Assembly: GCA_963849115.1 (NCBI GenBank)
Contig: CAWKGK010000004.1
Location: 49,204-113,203 of the forward strand
Origin: an uncultured Actinomycetes bacterium
Lineage (GTDB): Bacteria; Actinomycetota; CADDZG01; WHSQ01
Length of the DNA: 64,000 bases
Direction: 5' to 3'
Both the position numbers and the translations under genes were made by a program. Positions 45,889-55,559 of the stretch are shown in pieces; position 1 is the stretch's first letter, and each line of letters begins with the position of its first letter. Under the pieces are notes generated by a model. It was not told the origin of the DNA. It saw only the letters and a list, made by a program, of their open reading frames with translations, and searched no databases.

Positions 45889-46293
45889 ATGACTACAATC
45901 GATATGTCTACAAGCCAACATGGCGATAACGCGCGGCTGTGCGCCATACGAGGGGCGACCAGCGTGGAGCGCGACGAGCCCGCTGAGATCATCGCCGCCA
46001 CTACCGCCCTGCTCGAGGAGATGATGGGCCGCAACGACATCGCCCCGGGCGAGCTGGTCAGTCTCATCTTCACCGCCACGCCCGATCTGGTCGCCGAGTT
46101 TCCCGCCGTGGCTGCCCGCCGGCTGGGGCTCTCGGGCGTCGCTCTGATGTGTGCCGCCGAGATTCCGGTTCCGGGAGCCACTCCACGCTGTGTGCGCGTC
46201 CTTGCGCACTGCTATTCGAAGCGCTCCCTTGATCAGCTCCGGCATGTCTATCTCGGAGCCGCCAAGCAACTACGCGCCGACCTTCCCGAATGA
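45889..46293 (+). CDS. aroH: chorismate mutase, AroH class
   Basis: CAIRGATSVERDEPAEI...LVSLIFTATPDL...RVL pattern of monofunctional AroH enzymes. Confidence 0.8.
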   Translation: MTTIDMSTSQHGDNARLCAIRGATSVERDEPAEIIAATTALLEEMMGRNDIAPGELVSLIFTATPDLVAEFPAVAARRLGLSGVALMCAAEIPVPGATPRCVRVLAHCYSKRSLDQLRHVYLGAAKQLRADLPE

Positions 46294-47438
46294 CCCAGAC
46301 CGAGCCGGAGGGCAGTCCTTCACATCCTAAAGCCATACCTCACGGTTTGAACTTGGAGAAGATCGTGATCCTGGGTACAGGATTGATCGGAGGCTCGGTG
46401 GGTTTGGCCCTCAAGGCGGCGCGGCCCGGGCTGCAGGTGATCGGATACGACACCGAGCGGGGCTCCGCCGAGACGGCTGTGGACAGAGGGGCGATTGATC
46501 ATGCTGCGGTCTCGGTGGAGGAGGCCACCGTGGACGCCGAGTTGGTGCTCCTTTGTATGCCGGTCGATCTCATCCCCGAGACCCTCGAGCAGCTGGCGGC
46601 GGCCCGCCGCGGGGCACTCGTGAGCGACGTGGGGAGCGCCAAGACGAGGGTCGTGGCTGAGGGAGAACGACTTTTCGGACATCTGTTCGTGGGAGGCCAT
46701 CCCATGACGGGCTCCGAACGCCACGGCATCGAGGCGGCAGACGCCGACCTGTTCCGCGACGCTCATTGGGTCCTGACTCCCACGCCTGCGACTGCGTCCG
46801 AGGCCTATGCCGCGGTGGCGGGTTTCGTAACCACGCTGGGCGCTCGTCCGGTGGCCCTCGACCCGGCGTCGCACGACGCACTCGTGGCGCGCCTCAGCCA
46901 TCTCCCGCAACTCGTGGCGAGCGCCATCGTGGAGCTGGCTGCGGGAGCGGGCGACCGGGCCGCCCTGCTGGGACTGGCGGGCCCGGGATTCAGGGACGTC
47001 ACGCGCATCGCAGCCAGCGACCCAGACTTGTGGGTGGCCATTATCAAGGCAAATACTAAGGCTGTAGTAGACGGTTTGAGCATGCTGGGGGTGCGCCTCG
47101 GGGAACTTGGCGAGGCAATCCAGGCCGAACGCTGGAACGATCTCAAAGATTTCCTCGGCGCCGCGCGAGAAGCCCGACTGGAGCTCTTTGCCAAGCCCGA
47201 GTACGGAGGCCCGCCGGTGGCACTGTCGATGATGGTGCCCGACCGGCCCGGCGTCCTGGCCGAGGTCACCACTGCGGCCACCCAGCGCGGCGCCAACATC
47301 GAGGACCTCCGCATCGTTCACTCTACTGAAGGGGGCAGGGGACGGCTGGAGCTTGTGGTGGCGGGGGAGGATAGAGCCGAGCGCCTGGTGGAGGATCTGC
47401 TCGGGCTCGGTTATCACGTCGACCGCCGCGTTGAGTAG
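46290..47438 (+). CDS. tyrA: prephenate dehydrogenase with C-terminal ACT domain
   Basis: ILGTGLIGGS Rossmann motif, GGHPMTGSE, and an ACT-like tail. Confidence 0.85.
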   Translation: MTQTEPEGSPSHPKAIPHGLNLEKIVILGTGLIGGSVGLALKAARPGLQVIGYDTERGSAETAVDRGAIDHAAVSVEEATVDAELVLLCMPVDLIPETLEQLAAARRGALVSDVGSAKTRVVAEGERLFGHLFVGGHPMTGSERHGIEAADADLFRDAHWVLTPTPATASEAYAAVAGFVTTLGARPVALDPASHDALVARLSHLPQLVASAIVELAAGAGDRAALLGLAGPGFRDVTRIAASDPDLWVAIIKANTKAVVDGLSMLGVRLGELGEAIQAERWNDLKDFLGAAREARLELFAKPEYGGPPVALSMMVPDRPGVLAEVTTAATQRGANIEDLRIVHSTEGGRGRLELVVAGEDRAERLVEDLLGLGYHVDRRVE

Positions 47439-47503
47439 GACTCGTTGACAAGTATATCTAGCTACTAGAAAACAAGCCGACTCGTCGATGTATCTACTTA
47501 TCG

Positions 47504-48826
47504 ATGAATCACTTAGGAGAGAGATTGACTAGACCACTATCGGGTCGCGTGCGGGTACCAGGCGACAAGTCGATCTCCCATCGCGCCCTACTCCTCGCTG
47601 CCCTGGCCGCGGGTAGCTCCCGAATCGAGGGACTGAACACCGGCCTTGACGTGGGTGCGACGCTGAACGCCGTCCGCGCCCTGGGAGTTCGCTGTCGTTT
47701 GTCCCACGATCGTACTCAAGCTCAAGTAGAAGGTTGTGGTTATTCGGGGCTGCACGAGGCCGAGGATGTGATCGACGCCGGCAACTCCGGGACCACCTTG
47801 AGACTGGTGGCGGGGGTGTGCTCGGCCATCGCGGGAGTCAGCGTTTTGACTGGGGACGCATCGCTTCGCCGCAGACCGATGGCGAGGATCGCGCTCCCGC
47901 TCAGGAGACTGGGCGCCGCGGTGGACGGACGGCGGGGCGGCGAGCTGCCTCCGCTGATAGTGCGAGGGGGGAACCTGCGCGGCGCCGCTCTCGAGACCGG
48001 GGTGGCGAGCGCCCAGGTGAAGTCCGCCCTACTGCTGGCCGCCCTCGGCGCCCAGGGAATCACCTCGATCACCGAGCCGAGCCTCAGCCGAGACCACACC
48101 GAGCGCATGCTGGAAGCCTCAGGAGTGGAACTTGAACGCTCCCAGAACACGGTGACCGTCGCCGGAGGGCAATGCCCGGCCCCCCTCGATCTCCGGGTCC
48201 CCGGCGATATCTCGTCCGCGGTCTTCCTCCTCGTTGCCGCCACGCTGATCCCCGGCTCCGATCTCACGGTTGCAGATGTCGGTCTCAACCCCACCCGCTG
48301 TGGCGCCCTCGACGTGTTGCAGCGCATGGGCGCTCAACTCGACATCGAAGTGCTCGGCAAGGAGTGCGGAGAACCGGTGGGCACGGTGCGAGCCCGGGCG
48401 GTCTCGAGCCTTAGGGGTGTCCAGATCGAAGGCGAGCAAATCCCCTTCCTCATAGACGAGATCCCCGCGCTGGCGATCGCCGCAGCACACGCCCAAGGGC
48501 GAACGATTGTGACCGGCGCCTCGGAACTGCGGGTGAAGGAGAGCGATCGCATCGGCGCAGTGGTGGAGGGACTCGGGGTTTTGGGAGTCCAGGCGCGGGC
48601 ACTGCCCGACGGGATGATCGTGGAGGGGCCGGCCGCGTGGTCCGGCGGAGACATCGACGAACGGGGCGACCACCGCATTGCTCTGGCCTTCGCGCTCGCG
48701 GGTCTGACTTCGGGCAAGCCCGTCCGGATCAGGCGGTGGGAGACCGTGAACACGTCCTTCCCGGAGTTCTGGGACATCGTGTCCACGGCGGCCGGCGAGC
48801 GCCCGGGACCAGGATCCCCTGCGTGA
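47504..48826 (+). CDS. aroA: 3-phosphoshikimate 1-carboxyvinyltransferase (EPSP synthase)
   Basis: PGDKSISHRALLLAALA and NSGTTLRL motifs. Confidence 0.95.
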   Translation: MNHLGERLTRPLSGRVRVPGDKSISHRALLLAALAAGSSRIEGLNTGLDVGATLNAVRALGVRCRLSHDRTQAQVEGCGYSGLHEAEDVIDAGNSGTTLRLVAGVCSAIAGVSVLTGDASLRRRPMARIALPLRRLGAAVDGRRGGELPPLIVRGGNLRGAALETGVASAQVKSALLLAALGAQGITSITEPSLSRDHTERMLEASGVELERSQNTVTVAGGQCPAPLDLRVPGDISSAVFLLVAATLIPGSDLTVADVGLNPTRCGALDVLQRMGAQLDIEVLGKECGEPVGTVRARAVSSLRGVQIEGEQIPFLIDEIPALAIAAAHAQGRTIVTGASELRVKESDRIGAVVEGLGVLGVQARALPDGMIVEGPAAWSGGDIDERGDHRIALAFALAGLTSGKPVRIRRWETVNTSFPEFWDIVSTAAGERPGPGSPA

Positions 48827-49485
48827 CCGTAATCGCAATCGATGGTCCTGCGGGAGCCGGCAAGAGCTCGGTTGCTCGCGCCGTCGCAACCGCTCTCTCC
48901 TTTTCCTATCTCGACACCGGCGCTTTGTACCGAGCCATAGCGCTGGCCGTCCTCGAGGAGGGGGTTCCGCCCGGAGACGAGGATGCGGTAGCCGTCGTAG
49001 CGTCAAGAGTTGAGGTGAAAGTGCACGGTGACAGGACGTTACTGAACGGGCGGGACGTCTCAGACAGAATCAGAGATGAGGACGTCACCATGATCGTGTC
49101 CCTGATCTCCTCCTATCCGGGCGTACGGGAAAGGCTGCTGCAGTTGCAGAAGGAGATGCTGGTGGGGGGCGACATCGTGATCGAAGGCCGCGATATCGGC
49201 ACCCGCGTCGCGCCCGATGCTGACTTGAAGATCTACCTCACGGCCACGCTCGAGCAGCGCGCCGCCCGCCGCGCCGGCCAGATCGGCGCCCAAGGAAGTG
49301 ACCAGGTGTCCATGAAGCGGGACCTCGAAAACCGCGACCGTGCAGACGCAGAGCGGCGAGAGTCGCCGCTGGTGCAGGCGTCCGATTCGCTCGCCATCGA
49401 CTCCACGGACCTGAGCTTCGACGAGGTCGTCGACCAGATCCTCTCCTTGGCTAGAAGTTCCATGGCTCGAGAGCGCAACCGCTGA
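48823..49485 (+). CDS. cmk: (d)CMP kinase
   Basis: GTGA overlap with the aroA stop. IAIDGPAGAGKSS P-loop and YLDTGALYRA. Confidence 0.9.
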   Translation: MTVIAIDGPAGAGKSSVARAVATALSFSYLDTGALYRAIALAVLEEGVPPGDEDAVAVVASRVEVKVHGDRTLLNGRDVSDRIRDEDVTMIVSLISSYPGVRERLLQLQKEMLVGGDIVIEGRDIGTRVAPDADLKIYLTATLEQRAARRAGQIGAQGSDQVSMKRDLENRDRADAERRESPLVQASDSLAIDSTDLSFDEVVDQILSLARSSMARERNR

Positions 49486-49523
49486 CACCCGCCGAGAGTC
49501 GCCCCACTCTTCCCCTCGTTGCA

Positions 49524-50825
49524 GTGGTTGGCCGCCCGAATGTGGGAAAATCATCGCTCGTCAACCGGGTCCTCGGCCGCAGAGAGGCCATAGTAGAAGC
49601 CACGCCCGGCGTCACGCGCGACCGACATGGCTACGAGGCGGAGTGGGCCGGCCATCGCTTCGAGATAGTCGACACAGGCGGGCTGGAGCCCGGCACCCAG
49701 GGGCTCGAGACGTTGGTGCGCGAACAGGCGGAGCTCGCTATTCAGGCGGCGGATGTCGTGGTCATGGTCGTCGACATCGTGACCGGCCCCTTGCAAGAGG
49801 ATGCGGCCGTCGCGCGGATCCTTCAACGATCCGGCAAACCCGTTGTGGTTGCTGCCAACAAGGCCGACGAGCCTCGTTCCGAAACCGACGCGCAGCTCTT
49901 CCTGAGCCTGGGCCTCGGCAGCCCCTCCGCCCTATCCGCCCTCCACGGGAGAGGTTCAGGAGACTTCCTCGACGCGGTCGTGGCGCGGCTCCCCCCAGCA
50001 CCCAGCAAAGAGAGCGCCGAGTGGGCGGCCGTGGCCGTCGTGGGGCGGCCGAACGTGGGGAAGTCCTCCTTGCTCAACGCCCTGACGGGAGAGAGGAGAG
50101 CGCTGGTCGATGCTCGACCCGGCACCACGCGCGATCCGGTCGACTCCCACCTTCTGCTACCCGGAGGCCATTCGATGCGGATCCTAGACACCGCCGGAAT
50201 GAGGCGCGCCGTCCGCATCGACGACCCACTCGAGTACTTCAGCCTGCTGAGAGCACAGCGTGTCCTCGAGAGGGTCGATGTCGCTCTATTGGTTGTCGAC
50301 GCCAATGAAGGGGTGACGGGGCACGATCAGCGCATCGCGGAAGAGATAGCGAGCGGAGGACGTGCCTGCGTCATCGCGATGAACAAGTGGGATCTGGCGC
50401 CCAGGGACCCACCGGAGCGTCTGCGTCTGGAACGCTCCACCGACCAACGCCTCCGCTTCATGCCGTGGGCGCGGCGCATCCGCACCTCCGCCCTCTCAGG
50501 CCGCGGCCTCCATCGCATCGGCCCGGGGCTCGAGGAGGCGGTGGCGTCTCATAGGAGGAGGCTTCCAACGTCAGTGTTGAACAACATCATCCACTCCGCC
50601 CAAGAATCGAACCCACACCCACGATCTCGCGGCGGCAACGTGCGCGTCTATTACGGAGCGCAGGTTGCGGTGAGCCCTCCCACGGTGCTGCTGTTCACCT
50701 CGGCCCCCCTGTCCTCCCGCTACGTTCGCTTTCTCGAGGGCCGGATTCGCTCCGCCGAGCCCTTCCACGGCTCTGCCCTGACGATTCGGTGGAAGTTGAG
50801 AAACAGACGTCAACTAAAGGTCTAG
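49524..50825 (+). CDS. der: ribosome biogenesis GTPase Der (EngA)
   Basis: Two GTPase domains (GRPNVGKSS twice). The GTG at 49524 truncates the conserved beta-1 strand. The frame is open from 49455 and reads PLVAVVGRPNVGKS, so a CTG at 49482 is the likelier true start. Confidence 0.9.
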   Translation: MVGRPNVGKSSLVNRVLGRREAIVEATPGVTRDRHGYEAEWAGHRFEIVDTGGLEPGTQGLETLVREQAELAIQAADVVVMVVDIVTGPLQEDAAVARILQRSGKPVVVAANKADEPRSETDAQLFLSLGLGSPSALSALHGRGSGDFLDAVVARLPPAPSKESAEWAAVAVVGRPNVGKSSLLNALTGERRALVDARPGTTRDPVDSHLLLPGGHSMRILDTAGMRRAVRIDDPLEYFSLLRAQRVLERVDVALLVVDANEGVTGHDQRIAEEIASGGRACVIAMNKWDLAPRDPPERLRLERSTDQRLRFMPWARRIRTSALSGRGLHRIGPGLEEAVASHRRRLPTSVLNNIIHSAQESNPHPRSRGGNVRVYYGAQVAVSPPTVLLFTSAPLSSRYVRFLEGRIRSAEPFHGSALTIRWKLRNRRQLKV

Positions 50826-50894
50826 ATTTGTTCGGTGGGGGAGGAGTTACTGCCGAAGCCAGAGCGGCGGCTGCAGCGCTATGATCGACGGCTT

Positions 50895-50969
50895 CGGGAC
50901 GTGGCGCAGCTTGGTTAGCGCACTGGTCTGGGGGACCAGGGGTCGCCGGTTCAAATCCGGCCGTCCCGA
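50895..50969 (+). tRNA. tRNA-Pro (anticodon GGG)
   Basis: Hand-folded cloverleaf: acceptor CGGGACG/CGTCCCG, D stem GCGC/GCGC, anticodon stem CTGGT/ACCAG with loop CTGGGGG, T arm GCCGG-TTCAAAT-CCGGC. 75 nt, CCA not encoded. Confidence 0.9.
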
Positions 50970-51061
50970 CTAGGTTGGGCCTCATTGAACCGGCGTAATC
51001 GGAAGCGGCGGTGAGCCTGCGCCGGTAGCGGTCGCGGTGCTGCCGATGCCACAATCGCACG

Positions 51062-51697
51062 GTGACGCCGGCCAGACGCCCCCCGAATGAAGAGGAGCTC
51101 CCGCCCTCCCCAAGCTCCCCGGGGGGCGGAAGCGACGAGAGCCGTCTCCTCACCGTGCCCAACGTTCTATCCGCTCTTCGCCTGGCCCTCGTGCCCTTCT
51201 TCGTGTGGCTGTTCGTGTCGGGGCGCGAGGAGGCGGCCGTCCTGCTCTATGGCCTAGGGGCTTCAACGGACTGGCTGGACGGATACATCGCCCGGCGCAC
51301 GGGCCAGATCACCGAGCTGGGCAGGTTGCTCGATCCGCTCGCCGATCGCATCTATATCGCCGCCCTCGTCGTGGCTCTCACCATCCGGGGTGTCCTGCCC
51401 TTGTGGCTGGCGGTGGGCGTCGTTGGGCGCGATGCCCTCCTGCTGGCGCTTTTTCCCCTGGTCGACCGTAAGACGACGGCGCGCCTGAGGGTCAACTTCA
51501 CAGGCAAGACCGCAACCGCTTCGCTCCTGGTGGGCCTCACCTGCCTGGCCCTCTCCGAGACCAGCTTCGGAGGTCGGCCGTGGGAGCAGATCGGTTTCTT
51601 CCTGGTGGTGGTGGGGTTCGTCCTCTACTGGATCTCGGGCATCATGTATGCAGGGGCCGCGAGGTCGAGCGTGGGGTTCGGCCGAGGGGCGGGGTGA
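51062..51697 (+). CDS. CDP-alcohol phosphatidyltransferase family protein (PgsA-like)
   Basis: Signature DGYIARRTGQITELGRLLDPLADR (D-G-x2-A-R-x8-G-x3-D-x3-D). Confidence 0.85.
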   Translation: MTPARRPPNEEELPPSPSSPGGGSDESRLLTVPNVLSALRLALVPFFVWLFVSGREEAAVLLYGLGASTDWLDGYIARRTGQITELGRLLDPLADRIYIAALVVALTIRGVLPLWLAVGVVGRDALLLALFPLVDRKTTARLRVNFTGKTATASLLVGLTCLALSETSFGGRPWEQIGFFLVVVGFVLYWISGIMYAGAARSSVGFGRGAG

Positions 51698-51786
51698 GCG
51701 TCAACCCTGGGACCACTGCTGAGTACCCCGACATCTACTTGTGCACTGGTGTACTCATCAACAAATGGATAGTGGGTGAGCCGGCG

Positions 51787-51814
51787 TTGACCATGTCTAA
51801 AGCTTTGCTATAGG
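51787..51814 (+). promoter_or_regulatory. sigma-70-like promoter (TTGACC, 16-nt spacer, TGc-TATAGG) giving a near-leaderless FHA gene transcript
   Basis: The -10 element ends 11 nt before the ATG at 51826. Confidence 0.4.
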
Positions 51815-51825
51815 GTCATAAAATC

Positions 51826-52296
51826 ATGCCCGTGTATTGCAATAACTGTGGTCATCGCAACCCTCAGGGGGCCAATTTCTGCTCTTCCTGCGGGGCGCCG
51901 CTCGCGGCCGAGTCTAGTGACACGACCGTGAGCTTCATGCCCACCGAGTTGGAGGCGGAGCTCGACGAAGAAGTCCACATATCGCCCGAGGAAGTCGAAG
52001 CCGGACGGGGCGTGCTGGTGGTCAAGCGAGGGCCCAACGCGGGAAGCAAGTACTTCCTCGACTCAGACATCACTCAGATCGGAAGGCACCCCGAGAGCGA
52101 CATCTTCCTCGACGACATCACGGTCTCACGCCGCCACGCGGAGATAAGGCGGGATGCTTCCGGCTTCTCTATGCACGATGTCGGCAGCCTCAACGGCACC
52201 TACGTCAACCGCGAGCGGGTGGAGGGGGCCGAGCTCCGCTCCGGGGACGAGATTCAGATCGGTAAGTTCAAGCTCGTCGTCCTCACCGGAAGCTGA
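51826..52296 (+). CDS. GarA/OdhI-like FHA-domain protein with N-terminal zinc ribbon
   Basis: CNNCGHRNPQGANFCSSCG zinc ribbon. SDTTVSF resembles the GarA ETTSVF phospho-threonine motif. FHA core GRHPESDIFLDDITVSRRHAEI...SLNGTYVN. Confidence 0.85.
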   Translation: MPVYCNNCGHRNPQGANFCSSCGAPLAAESSDTTVSFMPTELEAELDEEVHISPEEVEAGRGVLVVKRGPNAGSKYFLDSDITQIGRHPESDIFLDDITVSRRHAEIRRDASGFSMHDVGSLNGTYVNRERVEGAELRSGDEIQIGKFKLVVLTGS

Positions 52297-52298
52297 CC

Positions 52299-53012
52299 AT
52301 GCCCCTGTCCAAGGCACGTGACTATCTGAGCATCGGAGAGGTGCTCGACTCTCTACGACGAGAGTTTCCGGACGTCAGCATCTCCAAGATTCGTTTTCTC
52401 GAGAGCGAGGGGCTGGTGACTCCGGAGCGCACGTCCAAGGGCTACAGGAAGTTCTACGACGAAGACCTCACCCGGCTTCGTCACATCCTCACCCTTCAGC
52501 GGGATCAGTTTCTGCCGCTCAAGGTCATCAAGAAGCGGCTGGAGGGCACGCCCGAGGCGCGCTCCTCATCGCCCCCGGCCGAGCAGGCCGACGGGGCGGC
52601 GGCTTCCCAGGCCGACACCCCCCCGGACTCGGGCCCGGCACTCGACTGGTCCGATGTTGATCTCTCATCAGCCGAGCTCGCGCGCGCCTCGGGGTTGGGT
52701 GAGGACGAGCTCGCAGCCCTGCAGGACTACAGAGTGATTGAGTCCAAAGCCCATCACGATGGAAACGACCTTCTCATCGCCAAGACGGCTCGCCGCCTCT
52801 TCGACTACGGGTTCGAGCCTCGCCACCTGAGAATGTATCGGCAAGCGTCGGAACGGGAGGCGGCGCTCATCGCCCAAGCAGTGATGCCTCTGACCAAGAA
52901 GCGGGACCCCAGGGGTCGTGAAGAGGCCGAGGTGTCCCGCCGGGAAATGGTGGCGCTATCGAAAAACCTCCGAGAGGCCTTGCTGCGCTCCATCCTCAGC
53001 ACTCAGGCCTGA
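52299..53012 (+). CDS. MerR family transcriptional regulator (Rv1828/FtsR-like)
   Basis: LSIGEVLDSLRREFPDVSISKIRFLESEGLVTPERTSKGYRKF. Confidence 0.8.
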   Translation: MPLSKARDYLSIGEVLDSLRREFPDVSISKIRFLESEGLVTPERTSKGYRKFYDEDLTRLRHILTLQRDQFLPLKVIKKRLEGTPEARSSSPPAEQADGAAASQADTPPDSGPALDWSDVDLSSAELARASGLGEDELAALQDYRVIESKAHHDGNDLLIAKTARRLFDYGFEPRHLRMYRQASEREAALIAQAVMPLTKKRDPRGREEAEVSRREMVALSKNLREALLRSILSTQA

Positions 53013-53030
53013 ACCCTCCTTAAGAGCTAT

Positions 53031-54191
53031 ATGCACTTGTGGATTAGTCGACTTACGTTTATCGCTTCGAGCCTGCTCATATTCGGGTCTCCTTGTTTGC
53101 ACCCGGCAACGGCGCGCCCCAGGCCCGGCGGGGTCACCTGCCGCGCTTGTGTCGTCGTCGACGACACCGGCGCGACCCTGTGGGCGCGCCGGGCCAAGAC
53201 ACCACTGGCGAACGCCAGTACCACCAAGATGCTCACCGCACTCACCGTGCTCGAGCTGGGCACCAAGGCTCAGCGCGAGGTCGTGGTTTCGGAGCAGGCG
53301 GCGGCCACCGGTGGGGGAGGTCTCGACCTCGAGACCGGCGACGTGCTGACGGCCGAGGAGCTTCTGTACGCCATGCTGTTGAGCTCATCCAACGATGCCT
53401 CGGTTGCCCTCGCCGAGCATGCGGCAGGGTCGGAACGCGCCTTTGTTGCCGCGATGAATTCGCACGCCATCCATCTCGGAGCGCTCGACTCCCACTTCGT
53501 CACACCTCACGGGCTCGACACACCCGGGCATCGCGCGACTGCGTCGGACCTGGCGCTCGTCGGGGCAGAGCTGTTGAGCCACCCTCTGCTAAAACGCATA
53601 GTCGGCACCGAGCAACGCAAGGTGGTCGGGCCCGACGGGCCGGAGAAGCTTAAAAACAGTAACCCTCTACTTGGGACCTATCGAGGCGTGATGGGCATCA
53701 AGACCGGGTTCACCGATGGGGCCGGGGAGGTGCTGGTGGTGGCGGCGCAGCGGCACCGGCGACGCCTCATCGCCGTGGCGATGGGATCACGAGATGCCGC
53801 TGCCGATTCCAGGAGACTGCTCGACTATGGCTGGTCCAGGCTGGCGCGCTCGTTGCTTCTGCGAGAGGGAGAGGCGGTAGGCGAGGTCACGGTCGGAGAT
53901 GGCGGTTCGGTCGTCGCAGTGGCGGGCGACTCGGTGCGCGGATGGGCGAGGCCCGAGGAGGTCAGCTCGCACTTCGTGGCCAGAGAAGACCTCTCGGGCG
54001 CGAGCGTGGGAGAGCCGGTGGGAAGGGTCGACGTCTATCGGGCCGGCCGGCGGATCGCCATTGCGACCGCCCTCTCGGCGGGCTCGCTGCCGGCGGCTGC
54101 GCCCGAACCCACCCCCGTGGGGGAGGCGTTGGGAACCCTTCTGGGACACGCCTTTCGGATCGCTTCATTGCTGGGCGCCTCCCCCCCATGA
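53031..54191 (+). CDS. D-alanyl-D-alanine carboxypeptidase (serine peptidase S11)
   Basis: SxxK (ASTTK), SxN (SSND) and KTG (KTGFT) motifs. N-terminal signal/anchor. Confidence 0.85.
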   Translation: MHLWISRLTFIASSLLIFGSPCLHPATARPRPGGVTCRACVVVDDTGATLWARRAKTPLANASTTKMLTALTVLELGTKAQREVVVSEQAAATGGGGLDLETGDVLTAEELLYAMLLSSSNDASVALAEHAAGSERAFVAAMNSHAIHLGALDSHFVTPHGLDTPGHRATASDLALVGAELLSHPLLKRIVGTEQRKVVGPDGPEKLKNSNPLLGTYRGVMGIKTGFTDGAGEVLVVAAQRHRRRLIAVAMGSRDAAADSRRLLDYGWSRLARSLLLREGEAVGEVTVGDGGSVVAVAGDSVRGWARPEEVSSHFVAREDLSGASVGEPVGRVDVYRAGRRIAIATALSAGSLPAAAPEPTPVGEALGTLLGHAFRIASLLGASPP

Positions 54192-54784
54192 CGCAGCCGG
54201 TCGGCCCTGCCCGTCCTCTCATTTCTGAGGAGCAGCTTCGCCGCCGTGTGGCGGGGTTGGGGACCGAGATAACACGCGCCTATACCGCGCCGCCCCATGC
54301 CCTCGTTGTCGTGGGCGTCCTCAAGGGATCGACTCTCTTTCTCGCCGACCTCCTGCGAGCAATTCCCCTGGACACAGAGATCGATTTCATCGCGATCTCG
54401 AGCTATTCGCAGGGTCCAGACCCCCAGTCGGGAGTGGTGCGCATCGTCAAGGACCTCGACCACGATATCTCCGGCCGTGACGTGCTCCTGGTAGAGGACA
54501 TCGTCGACACTGGTTTGACTCTCAACTACCTGAGACGAGCCCTCCTCGAGCGAGAGCCACGCACGTTGGCAACGGTCGCCCTGCTGGACAAGACCGCACG
54601 TCGCATCGTCCCCGTTCCGATCGAGTATCGAGGCTTCGAGATACCAGATGTCTTCGTGGTGGGATACGGCCTCGACTTTCAGGGTCGTTATCGCAACCTG
54701 CGGGCGATCCAGGCGGTCTCCGATCTTGCACGCCTGGCGAACGAACCGCGTCTACTGGAGCCTTCCTGGTGGCGCAGCACTTAG
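54188..54784 (+). CDS. hpt: hypoxanthine phosphoribosyltransferase
   Basis: ATGA overlap with the preceding gene. PRPP motif VLLVEDIVDTGLT. Confidence 0.9.
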   Translation: MTQPVGPARPLISEEQLRRRVAGLGTEITRAYTAPPHALVVVGVLKGSTLFLADLLRAIPLDTEIDFIAISSYSQGPDPQSGVVRIVKDLDHDISGRDVLLVEDIVDTGLTLNYLRRALLEREPRTLATVALLDKTARRIVPVPIEYRGFEIPDVFVVGYGLDFQGRYRNLRAIQAVSDLARLANEPRLLEPSWWRST

Positions 54785-54855
54785 CGCACGTCCGAAGGCG
54801 GAGCGGAGCACGTTGCTCGCCACTTTCCAATAAGAGGGGTGTTAGCCTTCTCAGC

Positions 54856-55335
54856 ATGATCGAGCTATCGCTCGTGGGGGTCCGCGTTGAGCTTCCCTCC
54901 AACCAGCCCATCGTTCTCCTAAAGGAATCGGGGGGAGACCGCTATCTCCCGATTTGGATCGGGGCAGGCGAGGCCACGGCCATCGCTTTCGCTCTGGGAG
55001 GGGTGGAAACGCCGCGTCCCATGACCCACGATCTGATGCGCGATCTTTTGCGCGAGACCGAGACCACGGTAGAGAGGATTCTCATCTCCGAGCTCGTGGA
55101 CTCGACCTTCTACGCACTCATCAAGGTCAGCGCCGACAACGGCACCAAGGAGGTCTCGTCGCGTCCCAGTGATGCGATCGCCTTGGCGGTCCGCATCAAC
55201 GCTCCCATTTTCGCTGCTGAGGACGTGCTCGAGCAGGCGGGTATCGAACTTCGGGACGAAGAAGAGAGCGAGGTCGAGAAGTTTCGTGAGTTTCTCGATC
55301 AGGTCACTCCAGAGGATTTCGCGGGCGGGAGCTGA
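54856..55335 (+). CDS. bifunctional nuclease family protein (DUF151, Rv1829-like)
   Basis: NQPIVLLKE...RYLPIWIGAGEATAIAFAL...RPMTHDL pattern. Confidence 0.8.
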   Translation: MIELSLVGVRVELPSNQPIVLLKESGGDRYLPIWIGAGEATAIAFALGGVETPRPMTHDLMRDLLRETETTVERILISELVDSTFYALIKVSADNGTKEVSSRPSDAIALAVRINAPIFAAEDVLEQAGIELRDEEESEVEKFREFLDQVTPEDFAGGS

Positions 55336-55402
55336 CGCAGGCGCCGAATCCCGCCTGAGACCTCTTCACCTCTAGGCGAGGATGAAAGTTGGGATCGGAA
55401 GA

Positions 55403-55431
55403 TTGACACCGGCGAGGCCTTCCCCTATTCT
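55403..55431 (+). promoter_or_regulatory. sigma-70-like promoter TTGACA, 17-nt spacer, TATTCT
   Basis: Consensus -35 with exact 17-nt spacing. It would give a ~120-nt leader before the GTG at 55560. Confidence 0.5.
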
Positions 55432-55559
55432 TTCATTGGCGTAACTACCGCTGTGTGACTCCGTGTCTTGGAGCACCGGCCCGGCTTCATCGGTCGGCGC
55501 GCCTCCGACCACTCGGCCCTCGAAGAAGTCGGCGGGCCCTTGAAGAGAAGGAAGGCGTC

